NCBI GenBank assembly: GCA_963834385.1
Contig: CAWIBO010000002.1
Span: forward strand, 512,001-576,000
From: an uncultured Verrucomicrobiae bacterium
Lineage (GTDB): Bacteria > Verrucomicrobiota > Verrucomicrobiia > Chthoniobacterales > UBA10450
Length of the DNA stretch: 64,000 nucleotides
Direction of reading: 5' to 3'
Positions within the stretch are counted from its first letter, which is position 1, and each line of letters opens with the position of its first letter. Position numbers and translations under genes: made by a program. The notes under the pieces were generated by a model. That model had not been told where the DNA came from and made no database searches. It worked only from the letters and a program-made list of their open reading frames with translations. Positions 21,378-30,169 of the stretch are shown here, piece after piece.

Positions 21378-22934
21378 ATGGCTCGCCGTAAGAAATCATC
21401 GTCGCGCAGTTCCGATCTCGTGGTCCTCCCGCGCGAGAATGGCCACCACGATACGCGCCTCGCGCTCGCCCCGAAAGATCGCCGGCTGAGCTTCGGCGAG
21501 AAGTGGAACTACGCGCCCGCCCCCGAGGCCAACGACTACATCCAGCTAAAGAAGCGCTATCCGCTCTACATCAACGGCGAGTTCGTCGCCCCGCACTCCG
21601 GCAAATATTTTGCCTCGATCAATCCGGCCACGGAGAAAAAACTGGCCGAGATCGCCGAGGCCGACGCCCACGACGTCGACCAGGCGGTCAAGGCCGCCCG
21701 CACCGCCTACAGCAAGGTCTGGAGCAAAATGCCCGGGCGCGAACGCGGCAAATACCTTTACCGCATCGCCCGCCTCATCCAGGAACGATCGCGCGAGCTC
21801 GCCATCATGGAGACGATGGATGGCGGCAAGACCATCAAGGAATCGCGCGACGTCGATCTGCCGCTGGTCGCGGCCCATTTCTTCTACTACGCGGGCTGGG
21901 CCGACAAGCTCCAGTACGCCTTCCCCGGACGCACCCCGCAGCCGCTCGGCGTCGCCGGCCAGATCATCCCCTGGAATTTTCCGCTCCTGATGGCGGCCTG
22001 GAAACTGGCGCCCGCCCTGGCCGCGGGAAACACCTGCGTGCTCAAGCCGGCCGAGACCACCAGCATCACCGCCCTGCACCTGGCCGAGATTTTCGCCGAG
22101 GCCGGCCTGCCCGATGGCGTGGTCAACATCGTCACCGGCGCCGGCGCGACCGGCAAAGCGCTGGTTGAGCATGACGACGTGAACAAGATCGCGTTCACCG
22201 GCTCCACCCAGGTGGGCAAACTCCTCACCCAGGCCGTGGCCGGGACGAAAAAGAAGCTGACCCTCGAGCTCGGCGGCAAGGCGGCCAACATCATCTTCGA
22301 CGATGCCCCGCTCGACCAGGCGGTGGAGGGAATCATCAGCGGCATCTATTTCAACCAGGGGCACGTCTGCTGCGCCGGGTCGCGCTTGCTCGTGCAGGAA
22401 GGCGTTTTCCCGCAGGTGATCCGGAAATTGCGCGATCGCATCGCCACCCTGCGCGTGGGCGATCCGCTCGACAAAAACACCGACATCGGCGCGATCAACT
22501 CCCGGATGCAGCTCGAGAAGATCGAGGAACTGGTCGAGAGCGGCCTGAAACAGGGCGCGGAACTGGTGCAACCGCGCTGTCGTTTGCCGGAGAAAGGCTA
22601 CTGGTATCCGCCGAGCTTTTTCACCGGGGTGACCGCTTCCCACCGGATCGCGCAGGAGGAAATTTTTGGACCGGTCCTGAGCGTGATGACTTTCCGGACG
22701 CCGGAGGAAGCGCTGGAACGCGCGAACAACACCCCGTATGGGCTGAGCGCGGGCGTCTGGACCGATAAAGGCTCAAAGATCTTCAAGATCGTGAACAAGC
22801 TCCGGGCCGGCGTGGTCTGGGCGAACACCTACAACAAGTTTGACCCGACCAGCCCCTTCGGCGGTTACAAGGAAAGCGGTTTCGGTCGCGAAGGCGGCCG
22901 CCACGGCCTCCTCCCCTATCTCACGTTAAGGTAA
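21378..22934 (+). CDS. Aldehyde dehydrogenase
   Basis: IPWNFP, KPAETT, FTGST, LELGGK, catalytic GHVCCAGSR, EEIFGPV, PFGGYKESGFGRE. Confidence 0.95.
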   Translation: MARRKKSSSRSSDLVVLPRENGHHDTRLALAPKDRRLSFGEKWNYAPAPEANDYIQLKKRYPLYINGEFVAPHSGKYFASINPATEKKLAEIAEADAHDVDQAVKAARTAYSKVWSKMPGRERGKYLYRIARLIQERSRELAIMETMDGGKTIKESRDVDLPLVAAHFFYYAGWADKLQYAFPGRTPQPLGVAGQIIPWNFPLLMAAWKLAPALAAGNTCVLKPAETTSITALHLAEIFAEAGLPDGVVNIVTGAGATGKALVEHDDVNKIAFTGSTQVGKLLTQAVAGTKKKLTLELGGKAANIIFDDAPLDQAVEGIISGIYFNQGHVCCAGSRLLVQEGVFPQVIRKLRDRIATLRVGDPLDKNTDIGAINSRMQLEKIEELVESGLKQGAELVQPRCRLPEKGYWYPPSFFTGVTASHRIAQEEIFGPVLSVMTFRTPEEALERANNTPYGLSAGVWTDKGSKIFKIVNKLRAGVVWANTYNKFDPTSPFGGYKESGFGREGGRHGLLPYLTLR

Positions 22935-23019
22935 CCTCTCGCCGGGTCTCAGCGTGCCGCGGCAGATTCGCTTCCTTCGACCTTTCTCGCGTCGATAACC
23001 GTTTCGGGAGACCTGAAAG

Positions 23020-23466
23020 ATGATTGTCACTCTCCGCGCGGTGACCGAGACGGATCTGCCGATTTTCTTTGAGCATCAGCTTGATCCGGAGGCGACCCGG
23101 ATGGCGGCGTTTCCCAGCCGCGACCGCGACGCTTTCATGGTTCACTGGGGCAGGATCATGCAGAACGAAACCGGGCTGCTGAAGACCATCATGGCGGACG
23201 ACGCCGTGGCCGGGAACATCGTCCTCTGGGAAGCGGAGGGAGAACCGAACATCGGCTACTGGATCGGGAAAGCCCATTGGGGCAAAGGAATTGCCAGCGC
23301 GGCCTTGTCACAGTTCGTGGCCAGCATTAACGCGCGACCACTTTATGCGCACGTCGCCAGGCATAATTTCGCTTCGGTCCGGGTCCTGCAGAAATGCGGG
23401 TTCCAGGTCGCCCGGGAAGAGAAGGGCGAGGACGGCGTCGAGGAACTGGTGATGGAACTGCGCTGA
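23020..23466 (+). CDS. GNAT (RimJ/RimL-like) N-acetyltransferase
   Basis: IGYWIGKAHWGKGIAS..HNFASVRVLQKCGF. Confidence 0.88.
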   Translation: MIVTLRAVTETDLPIFFEHQLDPEATRMAAFPSRDRDAFMVHWGRIMQNETGLLKTIMADDAVAGNIVLWEAEGEPNIGYWIGKAHWGKGIASAALSQFVASINARPLYAHVARHNFASVRVLQKCGFQVAREEKGEDGVEELVMELR

Positions 23467-23509
23467 TTCAGAACGCCGCCGTCACCCGCGAGACCAACAG
23501 CTTCACTCC

Positions 23510-24157
23510 TCAATCAGCAAACCGTTGACCGGCGGCGACGCGCGCCTTCTCCACCTCGCCGGCTCCGTTGACCGACGCGCCGAGGTCGCGCAGGAGGCCG
23601 TCGCCGATTCCGTAGATCAGGCCATGCACCGAGAGCGCCTGGCCGCGCGCCCAGGCATCCAGCACGATGGTGGTTTCACAGACGTTGACCACCTGCTCGA
23701 TCACGTTCAGCTCGCAGAGCCGGTCGGCCGCCTCGTCTTCCTCGGCGATGGTCCCGAGGTTCCCGGCGTGCTTGTCGCGCACGTCCTGCACATGCCGCAG
23801 CCAGTTGTCGACCAGGCCGACCCGGTCGGCGCGCAAGGCCGCGCGGACGCCGCCGCAGCCGTAATGCCCGCAAACGATCACGTGCCGCACCTTGAGCACG
23901 TCGATGGCGTATTGCATCACGGAAAGGCAGTTCAAATCGGTGTGCACCACCACATTGGCGACGTTGCGATGGACAAAGAGTTCGCCGGGAAGCAATCCCA
24001 CGATCTCGTTCGCCGGCACCCGGCTGTCGGAACAGCCGATCCAGAGGTAGGCGGGCGATTGCTGGCGCGAAAGCCGCGCAAAAAATTCCGGGTCGCGCTC
24101 CAGCATCCGCGCCGCCCAGGCTTTGTTGTTCGCGAAAAGTGTGTTTAACGCCTCCAT
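23510..24157 (-). CDS. can: Beta-class carbonic anhydrase
   Basis: WIGCSDSRVP, FVHRNVAN, VCGHYGCGGV. Confidence 0.93.
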   Translation of the reverse strand: MEALNTLFANNKAWAARMLERDPEFFARLSRQQSPAYLWIGCSDSRVPANEIVGLLPGELFVHRNVANVVVHTDLNCLSVMQYAIDVLKVRHVIVCGHYGCGGVRAALRADRVGLVDNWLRHVQDVRDKHAGNLGTIAEEDEAADRLCELNVIEQVVNVCETTIVLDAWARGQALSVHGLIYGIGDGLLRDLGASVNGAGEVEKARVAAGQRFAD

Positions 24158-24171
24158 TCCCTCACCTTAGA

Positions 24172-25293
24172 TCAACGGTCGGCTGCAGGAAAATCCGAAC
24201 GCGCATCAAAGTAGAGCACGGCAAACGCGATGCCGAGCAGCGGTTTGATCACCGCGCTGACCGCCCCCGAGGCGACGTAACTCCAGAACATGAGCGAATC
24301 GGTTACCGGGTTCTGCGCCATCTTTTCGATCTCCGCCATGGCCTGCCCCATGTCGGTGATGAGGCCGAACCGGGCCAGGACAAAGGGCATTTCCACCATG
24401 GTCCCGGCGATCAGGAGCACCAGCAGCCAGAGCGAAACCAGGAGCGCGCCCCGAAAGATCGGCCGTTGCCGAAAATCGAGCCGGACACGGTTCCGGGCCA
24501 GGTCCCGGCTCTCCCGGATGGCGAACACGCCCCGGCGGTCCTCCAGCACGGCGCACTGTTGCCAGAAGAGGAAGTTGATGAAAAGGCGACCGGTCATGTA
24601 GGCCTGCAAGGCGAGCAGAGCCAGGGCCAGGAAGATCGTGGCGAGCGTGGGCGGCTGCGTCAGGATGGAGAAAATGATGAGGAGCGGAAGCACGCTCCAG
24701 AACATGTAGGCGCCGGAAACCATCAGGCAGAGACCGAGCACGCGCGGCCAGAACCGGGCCGCCCCCGCCACGATGCTGCGAAAACGCGGACGGTCACCGC
24801 GCGCCAGCGTGGCTACGACGCGCTGCAGGCCGGCGATGTAAAAGGCCCAGGCGAGCAGAAGAAGCACCACCAGCCCGCCCAGGGTCCAGAGCGCCTCCGG
24901 CGGAAGCGTTTCTCCTGAGACAATCCGGCCGCCGGGCTCCACCCGGGGCAACCGGAATCGGCCAATCGAGATCCGGAGCAAAAACGCCGGGATCTCGAAC
25001 AGGAACGCGAGAAAAACGAAGAAAAAGAATCCTTTCCGGTAAAGCCGGACTGTTTCCAGCAGGATCTCGCCCACGGTCCGATGATGGATCGGTGTTGGTT
25101 CAACCGGCGGCGGCAACGGCGGTGGCCCGAACAAACCCGGGATCTCCGCCGCGGTGCTCCAGTCATCGTCCGGGTCGCGGCGGACGGGGTTGTCGGGCAA
25201 AACCCGGCCCTCGCGTTTCCATTCCAGCAAAGTCTCGAACGAAACGGGTCCGTATTCCTTTTCCTGCACCAGCAACGTCCAACCCTCTGGCAT
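24172..25293 (-). CDS. Membrane protein with an N-terminal GYF_2/DUF4339-like domain
   Basis: KEYGPVS..L..W..EGRV..W..A.EIPGL followed by a Pro linker and about 6 hydrophobic helices. Confidence 0.7.
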   Translation of the reverse strand: MPEGWTLLVQEKEYGPVSFETLLEWKREGRVLPDNPVRRDPDDDWSTAAEIPGLFGPPPLPPPVEPTPIHHRTVGEILLETVRLYRKGFFFFVFLAFLFEIPAFLLRISIGRFRLPRVEPGGRIVSGETLPPEALWTLGGLVVLLLLAWAFYIAGLQRVVATLARGDRPRFRSIVAGAARFWPRVLGLCLMVSGAYMFWSVLPLLIIFSILTQPPTLATIFLALALLALQAYMTGRLFINFLFWQQCAVLEDRRGVFAIRESRDLARNRVRLDFRQRPIFRGALLVSLWLLVLLIAGTMVEMPFVLARFGLITDMGQAMAEIEKMAQNPVTDSLMFWSYVASGAVSAVIKPLLGIAFAVLYFDARSDFPAADR

Positions 25294-25459
25294 GCGCAGT
25301 ATCTAAGCGCGTTTGGCCCGGCGCACATCCGACTTTGTCTGAGCTGCCCCGGTGGGGCGGCCTTGCCGGGAAAATTCACCACAGAGACCGCAGAGGGCAC
25401 AGAGGACACGCAGAAGGTTATTGATGAGACAGATCGAACAGGATTTGCGCCGCGTTCCC

Positions 25460-25556
25460 CGGTAGGGCGAGACTCTGTCGAGCCTTGGAGAAGGCGTGGC
25501 CACGCTACCAAGATGCGAGCGCGTGCTCCCAGGCTCCGCAGAGCGTCGCCCTACCG
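25460..25556. repeat. REPIN-like inverted doublet of GTAG-type repeat R2
   Basis: cggtagggcgagactctgtcgagcc ... ggctccgcagagcgtcgccctaccg; homologous copies at 28647-28818 and 28880-28977. Confidence 0.85.
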
Positions 25557-25593
25557 AAGAGGCCTGCCTCGCAGGCTATTCACCATTCACCAT

Positions 25594-26241
25594 TCACGAT
25601 TCACGCCCCTCTTCACCATCCCCCGCTCTCACCGCCGGGTAGGTTCGATCAAGCTCAGCCAGCAGTTCCGCCGTCACCTCGTTCCGATCAAAAACGCAGC
25701 CGGCGGCTTTCCGCAGCGAGGTGGCCGACTGGCCCAGGTCTTCCGGGAACGCTCGTTGATTGACGTTCAGGCCGATGCCCAGAATCGCGAGGTAACTCCT
25801 CCCCTGGGCCCGCATCTCCACGAGCACCCCGGCAATCTTGGCCCCGTCGATATGAACATCATTCGGAGGCTTCACCACGGGAGAGCGGCGAAGAAAATGC
25901 CCCACCACGCGCGCGACCGCCTGCGCCGCCCAGGCAGTCAAACGCGACGATTCCTCCACCGGAATCCCGGGCCGGAGCAAAACCGAGAGATAAATGCCTT
26001 CGCCGCGCGCCGATTCCCAGCGCCGGCCGTGCTGGCCGCGTCCGGCCGTCTGATGCTCGGCCATCACGACCACCCCCTCCGCCACCTGCGGGCCGGCCAG
26101 TTGCAGCAGGTGATCGTTGGTCGAGCGGACTTCCTCCAGCACCACGATCTCGCGCCCGAGACGTCTTGCCCCGAGCCGGTCCCGGATGAACGCCGCATCC
26201 AAAGGGTCCGGCACCTGGCCGGCCGGATCAATCTGCGGCAT
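25594..26241 (-). CDS. birA: Biotin--[acetyl-CoA-carboxylase] ligase (group I, no HTH)
   Basis: STND, AEHQTAGRGQHGRRW, KPPND, KIAGVLVE, GIGLNVN. Confidence 0.9.
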   Translation of the reverse strand: MPQIDPAGQVPDPLDAAFIRDRLGARRLGREIVVLEEVRSTNDHLLQLAGPQVAEGVVVMAEHQTAGRGQHGRRWESARGEGIYLSVLLRPGIPVEESSRLTAWAAQAVARVVGHFLRRSPVVKPPNDVHIDGAKIAGVLVEMRAQGRSYLAILGIGLNVNQRAFPEDLGQSATSLRKAAGCVFDRNEVTAELLAELDRTYPAVRAGDGEEGRES

Positions 26242-27079
26242 GGGTCAACTCGAGCGAAAAATCGATCGCGCGCGCCGAATGCGTAAGGGCGCCCACAGAG
26301 ATGTAATCGACTCCGGTGGCGGCGATTCGTTGCACGGTCTTGAGGGTGACACCGCCGCTGGCCTCGAACTTCACCCGGCCGCGCCCCATGGCGATGGCGC
26401 GGCGAAGCTGGGCCGGTTTCATGTTATCGAGCAGGATCACGTCGATCCCTTTCACCTTCAGAAACTCGCGCACCTGGCGCAGTTCGTCGGCTTCCACCTC
26501 CACCCGCACGTCGGGGTGAGCTTCGCGCAGACGCTGGATGGTCTCGGCCAGGATCCCGGCGGTCGCGCCCGCGGCGAGATGATTATCCTTCACCAGGGCC
26601 ATGTCATGGAGGCCATGCCGGTGATTCACCCCGCCCCCGGCCACCACCGCCGCCTTTTCGAGCGGGCGAAGGCCGGGCGTGGTTTTGCGGGTGTCGAGAA
26701 TCTGCGCGGGATGCCCGCCGACCGCGTCAACATATTGGCGGGTCAGGGTGGCGATGCCGCTCAGCCGCTGCAGAAAATTCAGGGCCACACGTTCTGCGGT
26801 CAGGATGGAACGGGCCGCGCCGGTGATCTCCAAGACCACGCCCCCCGCCTCCACCACGGTGCCCTCCCCCGCGGTGATCCGCACAGCAAGCCCGGGGTCG
26901 GCCTGCCGAAAGACTTCCTCAGCCACGGCGGTGCCGGCAACCACGGCGCGTTCGCGCGCCACAATCCGCGCCTCCGCCCGCCGCGTCGCGGCGACAAAAA
27001 ACTCGCTCGTGATGTCGCCCGGCCCCACATCCTCGGCCAAGGCCGCCGAGACGATTCCGGCGGTGCCCTGTCGTTTCAT
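26228..27079 (-). CDS. nadC: Nicotinate-nucleotide diphosphorylase (carboxylating)
   Basis: AEDVGPGDITS, ERVALNFLQRLSGIAT, DTRKTTPG, KDNH, LLDNM, EASGG, ISVGALTHS; ATGA overlap with the guaD stop. Confidence 0.95.
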   Translation of the reverse strand: MKRQGTAGIVSAALAEDVGPGDITSEFFVAATRRAEARIVARERAVVAGTAVAEEVFRQADPGLAVRITAGEGTVVEAGGVVLEITGAARSILTAERVALNFLQRLSGIATLTRQYVDAVGGHPAQILDTRKTTPGLRPLEKAAVVAGGGVNHRHGLHDMALVKDNHLAAGATAGILAETIQRLREAHPDVRVEVEADELRQVREFLKVKGIDVILLDNMKPAQLRRAIAMGRGRVKFEASGGVTLKTVQRIAATGVDYISVGALTHSARAIDFSLELTHAAD

Positions 27080-28428
27080 GCGCGCACGCGCGGGGCCCGG
27101 TAGACACAGGCGCCGCGCACGTAGGTCTCCAGCATGGCGCGGGGACGCGCGCGATAAATGCAAAGGGCCACCACGTCTTCCGCGGAAAGATTCTTCAACG
27201 GCTCGGTATTGTTTTCCCGGTAAGGCAGGAGCGGCGGCAGATCGACCACGATAAAGTCAGCTTCCTTGCCGGGATCGAGGGTGCCAATCCGGTCGAGCTT
27301 GCCAAGGGCGCGTGCTCCCCCGGCGGTGGCGAGGTGCAGGGCCCCGGCGGGACGCAGGGTGGCAAGGTTCGGCTCGTAGAAAGAGCGCGCCTTTTGCGCA
27401 TCGATGGCGGAACGCATCACCTGCCACATGTCGAGCTCGGGCCCGGCGGCCACGTCGGAGCCGAGGCCGACGGCGATGCCGGCCCGGAGCAGTTGGTCGA
27501 GCTTCATCAGACCGCTCCCGAGGAAGAAATTGGAGGTGGGGCAATGCGCCACGCTCGATTGCGCGGCGGCGATGGCCCCGATCTCACGCGGGTTCAGGTG
27601 AATGCAATGGCCCAGCATCGTCTTCGGCGTGAGCAGGCCGCACTTCTCGTAGACGTGGGTGTAGTCGCGCGCCCACATGTAAAGATGATGCACCTTCTCG
27701 ATCTCCTCCCGGTTTTCCGCGAGGTGGGTCTGGAGATAAACGCCCAGACTGAGGGCCGCCTCCGCCGCGCTCCGCATCAGTTTTTCCGAGCAGGTCACGG
27801 CAAACCGCGGACTGAAGGCGTACTCGAGCCGGCCGTCGGCCGCTCCGTGCCATTTTTTGCAGAGTCGCTCGCTTTCCATGAGCGAGACGGAGAGGATTTT
27901 CTTGGGTTGGAGCGTGCCGTAGGACCCGAGGTCCATCATCATCTTGCCGAGGATGACACGGAGTCCGCTCTCCTTCGCGGCCTCGAACGCCACCTCGCAG
28001 CTTTCCTCGTAAATGGCGGCGTAAACCATCGCGGTGGTGGTGCCGTGCCGGGCCAGTTCGCGGAAGAACTGCGGCGCCTCCTCCCGTGCCTTGGGGGCGC
28101 TGAATTCCTTTTCCACCGGGAAAATGTGCTGACGCAGCCAGGGAAGCAGGTCGCTCTCGCCCCGCGCCACCACCGGGTATTGCGGGAGATGGGTGTGACA
28201 ATCGATCAGTCCCGGGAAAATCGCCACCGGACCACGGTCGATCCATTCCACCGGGCGATCACGGGGCAGCCGGCGGAGATCATCGTAAAACCCGACCTCG
28301 GTGATGCGGCCGTTCTCCACCACCATGGCGCCGTTGCGCCAGCTCCGGAGGGCGCCCAGCTCCGGGGCGTCGATTAGATAGCCGCGGATTCCGTAAAGCG
28401 AGGGCTGCTCCATGAGCACTTCACTCAA
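27076..28428 (-). CDS. guaD: Guanine deaminase (amidohydrolase); start may be the ATG at 28413
   Basis: PGLIDCHTHLPQY, SPRFA, QTHLAEN, HCPTSNFFLGSG, GSDVAAG. Confidence 0.88.
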   Translation of the reverse strand: MSEVLMEQPSLYGIRGYLIDAPELGALRSWRNGAMVVENGRITEVGFYDDLRRLPRDRPVEWIDRGPVAIFPGLIDCHTHLPQYPVVARGESDLLPWLRQHIFPVEKEFSAPKAREEAPQFFRELARHGTTTAMVYAAIYEESCEVAFEAAKESGLRVILGKMMMDLGSYGTLQPKKILSVSLMESERLCKKWHGAADGRLEYAFSPRFAVTCSEKLMRSAAEAALSLGVYLQTHLAENREEIEKVHHLYMWARDYTHVYEKCGLLTPKTMLGHCIHLNPREIGAIAAAQSSVAHCPTSNFFLGSGLMKLDQLLRAGIAVGLGSDVAAGPELDMWQVMRSAIDAQKARSFYEPNLATLRPAGALHLATAGGARALGKLDRIGTLDPGKEADFIVVDLPPLLPYRENNTEPLKNLSAEDVVALCIYRARPRAMLETYVRGACVYRAPRVRA

Positions 28429-28479
28429 ACATTAACCGGAGGGGCCTGACAATGTCCGAGTTAGGGGAAGGTCGAGGGC

Positions 28480-28549
28480 AAAAAAAAGATTCGGGCAGCG
28501 CACGCCAAGGAGAAACAACAAATACTTTGAACGTGCAGCTACCCGAATC
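28480..28549 (-). ncRNA. Candidate sRNA 3' end or leader attenuator: 17-bp stem, 27-nt loop and U8 tail
   Basis: Minus strand GAUUCGGGUAGCUGCACG-loop-CGUGCGCUGCCCGAAUC-UUUUUUUU; the G.U wobble works only on the minus strand. Confidence 0.45.
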
Positions 28550-28646
28550 GCCTTAACCTGACTCATTTGACAGCCCGCCCGGCACCCCGTTCGAATTTTT
28601 CATAACAATTTTCAGGGTTTTTTCGGGGGGGCCCGCTCAGGGTCCC

Positions 28647-28977
28647 CGGTAGGGCGAGACTCCGTCGAGCCTGGGGGAAGAGCCAATGGCTCTCAGAAGA
28701 CAGGATTAACAGGAGGGACAGGATTCCTAGGCAAGGGAAGAAAATGTTCCAGAGGGCAGAGAGCGTCTGAAGTGATGGCGGCGCGTGCTCCCAGGCTCCG
28801 CGGAGCGTCGCCCTACCGAAGAGGCGCACGCATACACGATTCACCATTTACGACTCCACCATTCACGCCACTCTCCCCCCCGGTAGGGCGAGACTCTGTC
28901 GAGCCTGGGAGAGGGCGTGGCCCCGCCACCAAGCTGCGGCGCGTGCTCCCAGGCTCCGCGGAGCGTCGCCCTACCGG
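28647..28977. repeat. Two tandem R2 REPIN-like doublets separated by heptamer repeats
   Basis: R2 doublets at 28647-28818 and 28880-28977; cacgattcaccatttacgactccaccattcacg between them. Confidence 0.85.
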
Positions 28978-29002
28978 AGAGGCGCCCCGCGGGGCAGACC
29001 CC

Positions 29003-29924
29003 CTAAAGGGAAAACTCCGCCTGCGCCGGGCGGGCCACCCGGGCTGACTCGTCCCGGACTTCCTGCAGGAGGGACTTGAACTCGCATTTCTCCAGCGTCT
29101 CGAGCAGGCGCGGATAATCAGGCGTGATGCGAAGGTCGTCGATTGGCACCGGGAGCGGGGTCTCACAATCAAGCGCAACCATCCGGCGGTTCTGCCGGAT
29201 TTGCTCCTGCGCGGCGCGCAGTTTCTCGCGGGTCTTTTCGCTCTTGATCCGGTCGAGGTTGGCCAGGAGTTCGTCCAGGCTGCCGTGCTCGTTCAGGAGC
29301 TTGGCCGCGGCTTTCCGGCCAATCCCGACGCCGGGAATGTTGTCGACCGAATCACCGGCCAGGGCGAGGACATCGCCGATCCGCTCCGGCGGCACGTCCC
29401 ATTTGGCCTTCACCTCGGGTTCACCCAGCAGGGCGAAACCCGTCCTTGGGCGAGGCGAGGTCGGCCTTGGCCGTGCTGTAGACTTTCACCGTCGGACCAA
29501 CCAGTTGAAAAAGGTCCTTGTCGTTCGTGGCCAGCACGGTCTCGATTCCGCGGCGGCTGGCGGCCAGGGCGTAGCATCCCATCAGGTCGTCGGCTTCCGT
29601 GTTCGGCAGGGCAATGTTCCGAAAACCCATTTCCGGCATCATGCGCCGGATAAAATCGAGCTGCGGCACCATCGGAGCCGGCATTTCCTTGCGCGTTTCC
29701 TTGTAGGCCGGCTGCAGCTCAACCCGTTTCTGCGGCAGACCTTGATCCCAAAAAATCGCCCCGAGATCGGGCTGAAGATGTTTCAGCATCAGGCGCAGCG
29801 TCTTGGTGAAGCCGAAGATGGCGTTGGTCGGTTCGCCGCGTGAATTGGAGAGGTTCTGGATCGCGAAGAACGAACGGTAAACGTAGTAATGACCGTCAAC
29901 GAGAAGCAGCTTCACCGGGTTCAC
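29003..29924 (-). CDS. Stand-alone 5'-3' exonuclease / flap endonuclease (PolA N-terminal-like); apparent +1 frameshift near 29438-29441
   Basis: LLLVDGHYYVYRSFF, PTNAIFGF, YKETR, EADD, DKDLFQL; H3TH motif LAGDSVDNIPGVGIGRK in ORF 29003..29413. Confidence 0.88.
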
Positions 29925-29983
29925 GTTAGCGAAAGGGAGCGCCGCGCCAACTGTGATCAGGCCGCTCGCTCGCTCTTTCTTTC

Positions 29984-30143
29984 CGTCATCCCGAGGCGCA
30001 GCCGAGGGACCTCCCCTACGCCAGTCGAGGACGCACGCTCACGCGAACCGGCGGCGGTGGCACTGGAGGCGTTGCTCTTCTCTTTTTCGCACGTCCACCG
30101 GGAACCGTGGGGTCCTTCACCGTCTGCGCGGTTCAGGATGACG
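29984..30143. repeat. Imperfect long palindrome (cgtcatcc..ggatgacg), REP/MITE-like
   Basis: cgtcatcccgaggcgcagccgagggacc ... ggtccttcaccgtctgcgcggttcaggatgacg; single copy in the window. Confidence 0.55.
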
Positions 30144-30169
30144 CTGCCGCGAAAATCCATCGCCCCACT

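Noticed and set aside
28440..28640. Purine riboswitch upstream of guaD
   Set aside because: No recognisable purine-aptamer core; only a long hairpin with a U-tract is supported.
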